Assembly: GCA_034660655.1 (NCBI GenBank)
Contig: JAYEJU010000056.1
Coordinates: 1 to 55,461 of the forward strand
From: Patescibacteria group bacterium
GTDB lineage: Bacteria > Patescibacteriota > Patescibacteriia > JAACEG01
DNA: 55,461 nucleotides
Direction of reading: 5' to 3'
A model generated the notes under the pieces. That model was not told the origin of the DNA. It made no database searches and saw nothing but the letters and a program-made list of their open reading frames with translations. Both the position numbers and the translations under genes were made by a program. Shown here one piece after another: positions 25,600-34,191 of this stretch. Position 1 is the stretch's first letter; each line of letters starts with the position of its first letter.

Positions 25600-26322
25600 A
25601 TGTCAATTCCAGTCATAAATGTTAAAGATTTAAAAAAAGAATACCGCAATGAAGAAATAATAACAAAAGTTTTGCGCGGTGTTTCTTTTTTTATTAACAA
25701 AGGAGAATTTGTGGCGATTATGGGGCCTTCAGGAAGCGGAAAATCCACTTTAATGCATATTTTAGGATTTTTAGACAAGCCAACATCAGGCAAATATGAA
25801 TTTGCTGGCAAAAACGTTGTTGATTTAGAAGATAATGAATTGGCGAAATTGCGTAATAAAAAAGCAGGTTTTGTTTTTCAATCTTTTAATCTTTTGCCAA
25901 GGACAACTGTTATAGAAAATGTAAAATTGCCTCTTATTTACAGCAATGACACGAAAAATTTAAATGAAAAAGCAAAAAAAGTTTTAGAAATAGTCGGCTT
26001 GGGACATCGCTTGTATTATTTTTCAAACCAATTGTCAGGAGGAGAAAAACAAAGGGTCGCTATCGCGCGCGCTTTGGTTAACGACCCTGAAATTATTTTT
26101 GCTGACGAGCCAACAGGCAATTTGGATTCTAAGTCAGGCGTGCAAATTATGAGAATTTTACAAGAGCTGAATAATCAAGGGAAAACAATAATTCTGGTTA
26201 CTCACGAAACTTACACTTCTGAACACGCAAGAAGAATAATTTATCTTGTTGACGGGAAAATTGTTTCTGACCAAAATGTGGAGCACAGAAGATTTGCGAA
26301 AGACGGCGAAGTATTAAAATAG
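25600..26322 (+). CDS. ABC transporter ATP-binding protein, MacB/LolD-like
   Basis: Walker [25 protein letters not shown] and Walker [16 protein letters not shown] 25600 is preferred because the 25564 start overlaps the adaptor. Confidence 0.9.
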   Translation: MSIPVINVKDLKKEYRNEEIITKVLRGVSFFINKGEFVAIMGPSGSGKSTLMHILGFLDKPTSGKYEFAGKNVVDLEDNELAKLRNKKAGFVFQSFNLLPRTTVIENVKLPLIYSNDTKNLNEKAKKVLEIVGLGHRLYYFSNQLSGGEKQRVAIARALVNDPEIIFADEPTGNLDSKSGVQIMRILQELNNQGKTIILVTHETYTSEHARRIIYLVDGKIVSDQNVEHRRFAKDGEVLK

Positions 26323-26334
26323 GTTTATATTTTT

Positions 26335-27120
26335 ATGGATTATTTTTACGCTATAATTTTTGGAATTATCCAAGGAGCGACTGAATTTATTCCAATCTCA
26401 AGTTCGGCTCATTTAATAATATTCCATAAAATAATAAACTTGCCGATTAATAATGAACTTGCGTTTGATGTTTTTTTGCATCTTGCGTCATTTTTGGCTA
26501 TTATTATTTTTTTTAAAAAAGATATTTTTCAATTATGCAAATCTTTTTTTAAACAAGATAAAAACAGATTGCCATATTTAATAATTTTAGCGACAATTCC
26601 AGCCGCTGTCGCAGGATATTTTTTAGAAAATTTGATAGATAATAATTTTCGTTCTTTGCATACTATTTTTATAACTTTAATAATCGGCGGGTGTTTGTTT
26701 CTAATAGTCGAAAAAATAGGAAAGAAATTGTATAATTTAGATAAATTAAATTGGAAAAATTCTTTAATAATTGGTTTTGCGCAAGCATTGGCGATAATTC
26801 CGGGAGTTTCACGATCTGGAATTACGATAACAGCTGGAATGTTTTTTAATTTAAAACGTGAAACAGCTGTTCGTTTTTCTTTTTTGCTTTCCGCTCCAAT
26901 AATTTTAGGCGCTTCAATAACACAAATTCCTCAATTAGATATTAGCGGTTTGCCGAAACAAGATATTTATATATTGTTAATAGCTTTTATTTTTTCATTT
27001 TTATCGTCATTTTTCGCCATTAAATTTTTTATTTCTTTTGTAAAAAAATATTCATTAAAAATTTTCGCTTATTACAGATTTATTTTAGCGCTAATAATTT
27101 TACTATTTTTAATTTTTTAA
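26335..27120 (+). CDS. uppP: Undecaprenyl-diphosphate phosphatase
   Basis: EFIPISSSAHL and PGVSRSGITI are BacA/UppP motifs. Eight TM segments. Confidence 0.9.
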   Translation: MDYFYAIIFGIIQGATEFIPISSSAHLIIFHKIINLPINNELAFDVFLHLASFLAIIIFFKKDIFQLCKSFFKQDKNRLPYLIILATIPAAVAGYFLENLIDNNFRSLHTIFITLIIGGCLFLIVEKIGKKLYNLDKLNWKNSLIIGFAQALAIIPGVSRSGITITAGMFFNLKRETAVRFSFLLSAPIILGASITQIPQLDISGLPKQDIYILLIAFIFSFLSSFFAIKFFISFVKKYSLKIFAYYRFILALIILLFLIF

Positions 27121-27131
27121 TTTATAATTTT

Positions 27132-28538
27132 ATGAGAAAAAAATTATTCTTAAGTATTTTTCTTTTTACGCTCACAATCGGATTAAGCGGATGTTATGTT
27201 CCGTTTTTAAAAAAAGAAATCACAATTCCATTTTTTGAAAAAAAGCCGGAAAAAGCAATCAGTTTAATGATGGACAAAATGAGCGATCTGAAAACAGTAA
27301 AGTATAAAACAAATATTGCTGTTAAAATGCGTATGGATCCGTCTAAAATGGAAAATAGCCCTTTGTCATTTTTAAACAACGGCGCGAAACCAAAAGTTTT
27401 AGGCAAAAGCGTTTCGGCTTTTGATGATATGGGTATCTTGCCAATACCTGATAATAATATGAATATGCCGATACTTGGCGATGGTCCAACGGATTTTAAA
27501 TATAATATTTTTTTATCTGGGGCGAGTGATAATAGAGACAAAAATAATTTAAAGAACGAAACAGAATTTGATTTTAATTTTGATATTGGCGGAATGGCAA
27601 TGAGCGTTAAAGGCGAGACAAAAGTTGTTGATAAAAAAATTTATTTTAAAATAAATCAATTACCGATTTTAGTTGCTCCAATGTTTGGAGAATTCAGTAA
27701 TAAATGGTATGAATTAGATATAGAAGAATTACAGGAATTTCAAAAACAGAAAATGGAAAAAGCAGGCGTAGAAACAGATTCAGAAAGTTTTGATTTTGAA
27801 AAAAACAGCAAGAAAATAAAAGAGCTTGCGAAAAAAATAAATAAATTAATAAAAGATAATGAATTGATTTCAGTTGATAAAAGATTAAAAGACGAAAAAA
27901 TAGACAATAAAAAATGTTATCATTATCAAACAAGCGTAAATAAAAATAATTTAGATAAATTTATAAAAGGATTTATAAAAATAATAGGACAAACATTTAT
28001 AGAAGAAAAAATAGATAATGAAAAATTTGATGAAGTTATAAATAACCCAAAATTCAATTCTTTTATTAACAATTTATATGAAATAATTCAAACAACAAAA
28101 ATAGAGTTTTGGATAGATAAAAAAGATTTTTATTTGCGAAAATCAAAATTTAATTTCCAGCTTGATTTCGCGAAGATAGAAGTTAATAAACAAAAAATGC
28201 CAAAAGACTTTGCGAATGTTGAAATCAGCGGAGATTTGCTTTATTCAGATTTTAACAAGCCTCTAAATATTGTACCGCCTGTTGATCCTAAATCTTTAAT
28301 AGAAGAAATAAAATTAGAAATGGGGAAAATAGGACAAGTAATATTCAAGCAACCTGGAATACCAAAGAAAGATTTTATTGACACAGATAACGACGGATTA
28401 ACTGATGAAGAGGAAAAATTTTACGGTACAAGCATAATCAGTCCTGATACTGATGGAGACGGATATTCAGATTATGACGAAATTCAAAATAATTATAATC
28501 CTTTGGGGCAGGGGAAATTAAATCAAAACAATAATTAG
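27132..28538 (+). CDS. Lipoprotein with C-terminal thrombospondin-type-3-like Ca-binding repeats
   Basis: Lipobox LSGC after a signal peptide. C-terminus DTDNDGLTDEEE...DTDGDGYSDYDE. Confidence 0.7.
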   Translation: MRKKLFLSIFLFTLTIGLSGCYVPFLKKEITIPFFEKKPEKAISLMMDKMSDLKTVKYKTNIAVKMRMDPSKMENSPLSFLNNGAKPKVLGKSVSAFDDMGILPIPDNNMNMPILGDGPTDFKYNIFLSGASDNRDKNNLKNETEFDFNFDIGGMAMSVKGETKVVDKKIYFKINQLPILVAPMFGEFSNKWYELDIEELQEFQKQKMEKAGVETDSESFDFEKNSKKIKELAKKINKLIKDNELISVDKRLKDEKIDNKKCYHYQTSVNKNNLDKFIKGFIKIIGQTFIEEKIDNEKFDEVINNPKFNSFINNLYEIIQTTKIEFWIDKKDFYLRKSKFNFQLDFAKIEVNKQKMPKDFANVEISGDLLYSDFNKPLNIVPPVDPKSLIEEIKLEMGKIGQVIFKQPGIPKKDFIDTDNDGLTDEEEKFYGTSIISPDTDGDGYSDYDEIQNNYNPLGQGKLNQNNN

Positions 28539-28578
28539 TCAATTGCTAATTAAAGATAAAAAAAGCAATGACTGTAAA

Positions 28579-29501
28579 AGATGAGATACATAGGTAACAC
28601 TCTAAATTTGCCTAAAATTAAAAAATCAGGCAAAATAGAGTGTTAAATCATAATTTATGTATTAATATGTATTATTAAAAAACTTATCAAATCAGAGAAT
28701 TAAAAAATGAATGGTCTTTTTTAAAATTCAAATCAATTAAACTTTTAAACAAATATGAACGATGGAAAAAGGTAACTAAAATATTAAAAGTTTCTAGAGA
28801 AGCAATAAACAGATTAGAATGGATTATATATTATTTTGAAAAATCAGAAAAGGATGCGTCTAAAATAGCAAGACATTTTGGAATTTTAAGAAAAACATTT
28901 TATAAATGGTTTAAGAAGTTTGATGAAAATAATCTTTATACAATATATCTTTTGCAAGATAAATCAAAAGCTCCGTAAAAAACAAGGCAAAGAGAAATAA
29001 CTCAATTATAAGAAAACAGCTAACTATATTATTTGTTTAGACACAATTATAATTTATTGGAACGGGCTAAAACGATATATTTTTACCGAAATTGACAAAT
29101 CCGGCAAATTCGCTTACGCAAGAATGTATAAAACAAAAAGCACTTTAAACAGCAGAGACTTTCTTTATCGCTTGAATTATTTTTTAGATGGAAATATTCC
29201 AAGAGTCTGGCATGATAACGGGACTGAATTTAAAAAGTATTTTAAACAAGCTTGTAAAGAATTAAAAATTAAGCAATACTATTCAAGAGTGAGAACTCCA
29301 AAAGGCAATCCTGACAATGAACGGTTTAATCAAACGTTAGAAACTGAATTTATTGATTTGGGAAATTTTACAACTGATGCAACTAAATTTAACAAAAATT
29401 TTACTGAATGGCTTATTGAATATAACTTTCACAGACCGCATAAATCTTTAAATTACAAAACCCCGATGGAATATTCAAAAGTGTTACCTATGTGCTCATC
29501 T
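28579..29501 (+). mobile_element. Decayed IS481-like (rve/DDE) insertion sequence with terminal inverted repeats
   Basis: IRL AGATGAGATACATAGGTAACACT (28579-28601) versus the reverse complement of IRR AGATGAGCACATAGGTAACACT (29480-29501). Flanks TGTAAA / TGTATA may be a target duplication. At 923 bp it is short for the family. Confidence 0.7.
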
Positions 29502-29516
29502 TGTATATTTGCTTGA
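28679..29516 (+). pseudogene. IS481-family DDE transposase, degraded
   Basis: The HTH part (...ARHFGILRKTFYKWFKKFDENNL...KSKAP*) has no start codon and stops at 28976. There are further stops, a frame change and a missing linker. The DDE core is still readable (LDTIIIYW..., WHDNGTEF, NPDNERFNQTLETEF, HRPHKSLNYKTP). Confidence 0.7.
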
Positions 29517-29544
29517 CTTTTATTTATTTTTTGTTAATATAATA

Positions 29545-29655
29545 ATAACCGCAGATAATAGGCGCTTATAAAGCTTAATTTCCTATTGAGGTTTAAAATT
29601 AAACATTATTTTTTGTTTTATTTAAATTTCTGCGATTATTACGCGGTTTTTTTAT
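29545..29655 (+). promoter_or_regulatory. Candidate rplJ (L10) leader/attenuator
   Basis: AACCGCAGA (29547-29555) can pair either with TCTGCG (29629-29634) or with GCGGTT (29643-29648). CUGCG-AUUAUUA-CGCGG plus U7 (29630-29653) is a terminator-like hairpin 18 nt before the rplJ start. Confidence 0.4.
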
Positions 29656-29671
29656 TAATTTTATAAATAGT

Positions 29672-30193
29672 ATGCCTAAAAATAAAGATCAAAAAAAACA
29701 AATTTTAGATTTAATAATTGATAAGCTTAAAATATCAAAAGCAGCGGTTTTTGTTGGTTTTAACGGCTTAAGCGTTAATGATTCCGAACAATTAAGAAAT
29801 TTATGCAGAAAAAATGATTTAGAATATTTGGTCGCGAAAAAAACTTTGCTGAGTATAGCTTTAGATAAATTAAATTTAAAAACAGATGAAAAAGAAATTT
29901 TTTCAAATGAAGTGGCGATAATTTTTTCTTATTGTGATGAAATTACTGGAGCTAAAATAGTCAGTAAATTTGCGAAAGATAATGAGGCGGTAATTATCAA
30001 GGGTGGGATTTTTGAAAACGAAATTGTAAATTTATCAATGATAAAAAAGATAGCCAATATTCCTGGAAGACAAGAATTATACGCTAAATTGGTTGGAAGC
30101 TTAAACGCGCCTGTGAGCGGTTTTGTAAATGTTTTAAAAGGAAATTTAAGAGGATTTGTTCAAGTTTTAAATGCGATTAAAGAAAAAAAATAA
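29672..30193 (+). CDS. rplJ: 50S ribosomal protein L10
   Basis: 173 aa. Position upstream of rplL. Typical L10 N-terminal block (KKQILDLIIDKLKISKAAVFVGFNGLSVND..LR). Confidence 0.9.
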   Translation: MPKNKDQKKQILDLIIDKLKISKAAVFVGFNGLSVNDSEQLRNLCRKNDLEYLVAKKTLLSIALDKLNLKTDEKEIFSNEVAIIFSYCDEITGAKIVSKFAKDNEAVIIKGGIFENEIVNLSMIKKIANIPGRQELYAKLVGSLNAPVSGFVNVLKGNLRGFVQVLNAIKEKK

Positions 30194-30229
30194 ATTATAT
30201 AATTAATATTAATATTATAAAAAAAATTT

Positions 30230-30673
30230 ATGAGTGAAGAAAAAAAACCACAAGAATCAGTGGAAAAAAAATTAGCAGATACTAAGGTTGAAGTTCCAAC
30301 AAAATTTAAAAAAATTGTTGAAGAAATTGAAAAGATGAGTGTTTTAGATTTAGCGGAACTTGTCGGAATTTTAGAAGAAAAATTCGGAGTTTCAGCAGCA
30401 ACTCCAATGATGGCCGCTCCAGTAGCTCAATCAGCAGAAGCTGGTGAAGCAGCAGAAGAGAAATCAGCTTTTGATGTTGAAGTAACTGAGGCTGGCGGAA
30501 ATAAAATCGCGGTTATTAAAGCTATTCGCGAGATTACGGAAGTTGGGCTAAAAGACGCGAAAGATTTAGCGGACGCCGCTCCAAAAGTTATAAAAGAAGG
30601 AGTTGCGAAAGCTGACGCTGAGGGTATGAAAAAGAAATTAGAAGAAGCCGGAGCAAAAGTAACTTTGAAATAA
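30230..30673 (+). CDS. rplL: 50S ribosomal protein L7/L12
   Basis: [22 protein letters not shown], an Ala-rich hinge, and C-terminal [24 protein letters not shown]...[14 protein letters not shown]. Confidence 0.95.
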   Translation: MSEEKKPQESVEKKLADTKVEVPTKFKKIVEEIEKMSVLDLAELVGILEEKFGVSAATPMMAAPVAQSAEAGEAAEEKSAFDVEVTEAGGNKIAVIKAIREITEVGLKDAKDLADAAPKVIKEGVAKADAEGMKKKLEEAGAKVTLK

Positions 30674-30689
30674 AAATTCCAAAAATAAA

Positions 30690-30724
30690 AAAACTTTTAT
30701 ATTATGATATAGAAGTTTTTTTAT
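30690..30724 (+). terminator. Rho-independent terminator after rplL
   Basis: AAAACUUUUAUAU-uaug-AUAUAGAAGUUUU forms a 13 bp stem including one G.U on the plus strand. It is followed by UUUUAUU. Confidence 0.7.
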
Positions 30725-30795
30725 TGGACTTATTTTTATAAAGATGGTAAATTAAATAAAGGAAGAATTAATATTGGGTTTTATATTTTAATTTT

Positions 30796-30909
30796 TGTCA
30801 TTTTGAATAATGTCATGATGAATTTAATTCAGTACTATTTTAGAATCCGCCATCTTTTTTGTAGATTCTGAATCTTTGCCTGCCAGCAGGCAAGAAGTTC
30901 AGGATGACA
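30796..30909. repeat. MITE-like element (TGTCAT...GGATGACA family), copy 4, with a second nested left end at 30811
   Basis: tgtcattttgaataaTGTCATGATGAATTTAATTCAG...tagaatcc...tagattctgaatc...[gcctgccagcaggc]...caGGATGACA. Confidence 0.65.
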
Positions 30910-30948
30910 AACCATGAGTTTAAATTTAAAAAAATAAACGCAATTTTT

Positions 30949-31524
30949 ATGATTAACAAAAAGCTATTCCAGCATTTAAAAGAAAAACATAGCGATTACA
31001 GCAGATCGCGGAATATTTTAATCAAAGAAACAAATGTTATTTTGTCAGCTTCCAAACAGGCAATTTTTGCTTTTCATAGGGATGATATAAAAGATGGAAA
31101 AAGATTATTAAAACAAGCAGAAGAAGGTTTAAAAAGCATTGATCAGCGTTTTGTAAAAAAGAACGCGCATCTTTTATATGAGGGAAGTTTAAAAGCCGCG
31201 CAAGAGGAATTTATAGAAGCAAAATTTTTTAGCATTGTTTTGGCTAAAAAAAAGTTGGATTTGATAAAAGATATAGAGATTAATTTTGAAAGTTATTTTG
31301 GAGGGTTATGCGATTTAACAGGTGAACTTGTCAGAAAAGGAGTTAATATGGCTTCTGAAGGGAAAAATAAAGAAGTTTTTAGGCTGAGAAAAATTATAGA
31401 GGAAATTATTAAGGAACTGATTAAATTTAATTTAACAGGATATATCCGCGTTAAATACGATCAAGCCAAAAATAATCTTAGAAAAATAGAAAAAATTTGT
31501 TATGATATAAAATTAAAAAGATAA
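30949..31524 (+). CDS. Translin-family protein (tentative)
   Basis: All-helical ~190 aa. The block YFGGLCDLTGELVRKG resembles the translin/TRAX GLxDLxGELxR motif. The start is moved to ATG 30949 because ORF-track ATG 30904 is the MITE terminus. Confidence 0.45.
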   Translation: MINKKLFQHLKEKHSDYSRSRNILIKETNVILSASKQAIFAFHRDDIKDGKRLLKQAEEGLKSIDQRFVKKNAHLLYEGSLKAAQEEFIEAKFFSIVLAKKKLDLIKDIEINFESYFGGLCDLTGELVRKGVNMASEGKNKEVFRLRKIIEEIIKELIKFNLTGYIRVKYDQAKNNLRKIEKICYDIKLKR

Positions 31525-31536
31525 TTATTTTGTTTT

Positions 31537-31878
31537 ATGGCAAAAAAATTTGAAAATATTTTATCTCAGAATGAAGATGGGAAAATAACAGAGCAAAGCT
31601 TAGATGATCTTACCGAAGAATTAAGCATAGAGGTTAAAGCAGAAATTGATCGCGCGCGAACTAAAGATAAAAAAAGCTTGGGATATAATTGCGTTAAGGT
31701 GTTTAATAGAAAAGATATTTCATTGCCTTTAAGACCGCGATTATTTGAAAAGATAGAAAATGTAATAAAAAAAAGAAATAACAACGAAGATCCTGATTGG
31801 AGAATAGAAAGTTTTCACAGACATAAATTACGAGAGGAGAGAAGAGCTGGTCAAAGTTACATTGACAGCGATTTATAG
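31537..31878 (+). CDS. Hypothetical protein (113 aa, charged)
   Basis: Clean ORF 12 nt after the preceding gene, on the same strand. No recognisable motif. Confidence 0.5.
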   Translation: MAKKFENILSQNEDGKITEQSLDDLTEELSIEVKAEIDRARTKDKKSLGYNCVKVFNRKDISLPLRPRLFEKIENVIKKRNNNEDPDWRIESFHRHKLREERRAGQSYIDSDL

Positions 31879-31951
31879 AATTAAAATTTGAAGCAACTAT
31901 CAGAATTAAAATAATTATTTTTATTTTAAATATTTTTTGTTTAATATATTT

Positions 31952-33277
31952 ATGTTTAAAAAAACAAAAGTTAAAACAAATTCAAAAGTTAAAAATAAAA
32001 AAGTTAAAACTGTTAAACTTGTTAAAAAAGTTAAAGCTAAACCAACAGTTAAAATTGTTAAGAAAGAGAATCAGACAAAAAAAATAAAACATATTGTTAA
32101 AAAAAGCAAAATCCTTAAGAAAAAAATTGTTAAAACAGCTGTTAAAAAACAGAAAGTAAAAAAAGTAATGCCAAAGATTGAAATAGTAAAGCCAGCGCAA
32201 GAAAAACTTGACGAATTATTTCACAAAGTTAAAAATAGAGGTTTTATTACTGAAAAGGAAATATTTTATATTTTTCCTTATATGGAGCATTATATTGATT
32301 TTGTGGAGGATTTTTTGGAAAAAATTGAAATTGCCGGCATAAAAATTGTTGATAATTTAGGGGGTATATTGCGAAAGGAGGATGAAAGAAATAAAATTTT
32401 TGCGGAAATTAGAACAAGCAATAATGATAAAAAATTTGATTTAGGAATAATTTCTGCTGATTCTATTCAGATGTATTTGCGCGAAATAGGGAAAGTTCCT
32501 CTTTTAAGCCAAGAAGAAGAAATTGAACTGGCAAAAAAGAAAGAAAAAGGCGATACAGCGGCTGAAATGAAGATTTTGCAAGCGAATTTAAGGCTGGTTG
32601 TTTCCATTGCCAAAAAATTTACTGGCAGAAAGTTATCATTATTGGATTTGATTCAAGAAGGAAATATAGGGCTTTTTAGGGCAGTGCAAAAATTTGAATA
32701 TAGAAAAGGATATAAATTTTCAACATACGCCACATGGTGGATCCGCCAGGCAATTACACGTTCTTTAGCGGATCAATCAAGAACAATAAGAATTCCAGTG
32801 CATATGGTTGAGACTATAAATCGTTTTAAGCAAGCGCAAAGGCAATTAATTCAAACGCTTGGAAGGGAGCCATTACCTGAAGAGATCGCGGCTGAAATGG
32901 GAGAGGATTTAGAAAAAGTGCAGCATATTATAAAAATTTCACAGGATACGATTTCCTTGGAAACATCAGTAGGCGATGATGATGATGACAGCACTTTAGA
33001 AAATTTTATTGAAGATGTGAAAACAATCGCTCCTGACAGAGCGGCAGGCTTGCAATTATTGAAAAAGTATGTAATAGATGTTATAAAAGAGCTATCTCCA
33101 AGGGAGAAAAAAATATTAGAAATGCGTTTTGGCTTGACTGACGGAGTTACTCATACATTAGAAGAGGTCGGGCAGGAATTTGGCGTAACAAGAGAGCGAA
33201 TCAGGCAAATTGAAGCAAAATCATTAAAAAAAATGGGCGAGATAGAAGGAGTTGAAAAGTTAAAAGATTATATATAA
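31952..33277 (+). CDS. rpoD: RNA polymerase sigma-70 factor RpoD with polybasic K/V-repeat N-terminal tail
   Basis: Region 2 ([39 protein letters not shown]), region 3 and region 4.2 ([27 protein letters not shown]). The first ~85 aa are KVK-type repeats. Confidence 0.9.
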   Translation: MFKKTKVKTNSKVKNKKVKTVKLVKKVKAKPTVKIVKKENQTKKIKHIVKKSKILKKKIVKTAVKKQKVKKVMPKIEIVKPAQEKLDELFHKVKNRGFITEKEIFYIFPYMEHYIDFVEDFLEKIEIAGIKIVDNLGGILRKEDERNKIFAEIRTSNNDKKFDLGIISADSIQMYLREIGKVPLLSQEEEIELAKKKEKGDTAAEMKILQANLRLVVSIAKKFTGRKLSLLDLIQEGNIGLFRAVQKFEYRKGYKFSTYATWWIRQAITRSLADQSRTIRIPVHMVETINRFKQAQRQLIQTLGREPLPEEIAAEMGEDLEKVQHIIKISQDTISLETSVGDDDDDSTLENFIEDVKTIAPDRAAGLQLLKKYVIDVIKELSPREKKILEMRFGLTDGVTHTLEEVGQEFGVTRERIRQIEAKSLKKMGEIEGVEKLKDYI

Positions 33278-33389
33278 ATCGCGCAAGAATTTATTAAAAT
33301 TTTTCCTTGATAGGATTAACGCGGAATTTAACGCAAAAAGTAATGGAAAGAAAATATATTAAAATTAATTAATTTTTAAAAACAAAAAT

Positions 33390-34136
33390 ATGCAAAATCA
33401 AAACAAAAATAAAATTTTAGACGAAGAAATAAAATTAAATGAAGAGTTAGAAGAAGAATTAGAAATTAAAGAGGAAAATGATTTCAATAAAAGTGAATTA
33501 AAAATAGAGCAAGACGAATCAACGGATAAAAATAAGGAAGATGATTTATCAGATCGAACAAAAGAAGACAGTAATAAAGGCAAAAATGATGATATTAACG
33601 AAAAAATAGAGTATGTTAAAATTCAGCTTTTAAAAATAGAAAGCCAAGCAAAGCAAGCCTTAAAGTATTTAGAAAGTGTTCATGGCTTACCTGGCAAAAC
33701 AGAATTTTCACAATATGAGGAGAAAAAAGCTGATTTAGCTGAAACGAAAGAAACAGAAGGCCAAAAAATTATAGAAGGAGTTTTTAACGGCGAAGAAATG
33801 GTGGGGGCAGACGGCAAACGTTATAGCATTTCGTCAAATTACGCGTCAAAATCAAAATTAGTGGAAGGAGACGTGTTAAAGCTGATTATTGATTCTGACG
33901 GAACTTTTGTTTATAAACAGATCGGGCCAATTGAGCGGAAAAGAGTATTCTGCGCTTTAATTCAAAACAAAGAAAATAATCAATATTACGCTATGGAGGA
34001 CGGAGACAGATGGAAAATTTTAAAAGCGTCAGTCACATATTTTAAAGGCGAAGTAGGGGATGAAATAATTATTTTAATTCCCAAGGAACATAAAAGCCAA
34101 TGGGCGGCTGTGGAAAATATAGTGAAAAAAGCATAA
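33390..34136 (+). CDS. Hypothetical protein: acidic disordered N-half plus beta-rich C-terminal domain
   Basis: 248-aa ORF. The N-half is E/D/K low complexity. The C-half (GVFNGEEMVGADGKRYSISSNYASKSKLVEGDVLKL...VTYFKGEVGDEIIILIP) looks like tandem small beta-barrels. No family recognised. Confidence 0.55.
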   Translation: MQNQNKNKILDEEIKLNEELEEELEIKEENDFNKSELKIEQDESTDKNKEDDLSDRTKEDSNKGKNDDINEKIEYVKIQLLKIESQAKQALKYLESVHGLPGKTEFSQYEEKKADLAETKETEGQKIIEGVFNGEEMVGADGKRYSISSNYASKSKLVEGDVLKLIIDSDGTFVYKQIGPIERKRVFCALIQNKENNQYYAMEDGDRWKILKASVTYFKGEVGDEIIILIPKEHKSQWAAVENIVKKA

Positions 34137-34191
34137 ATTTAATTGATTATTTTATTCTAATAATTTTAACCATCCTAATAATTTTATTTTT

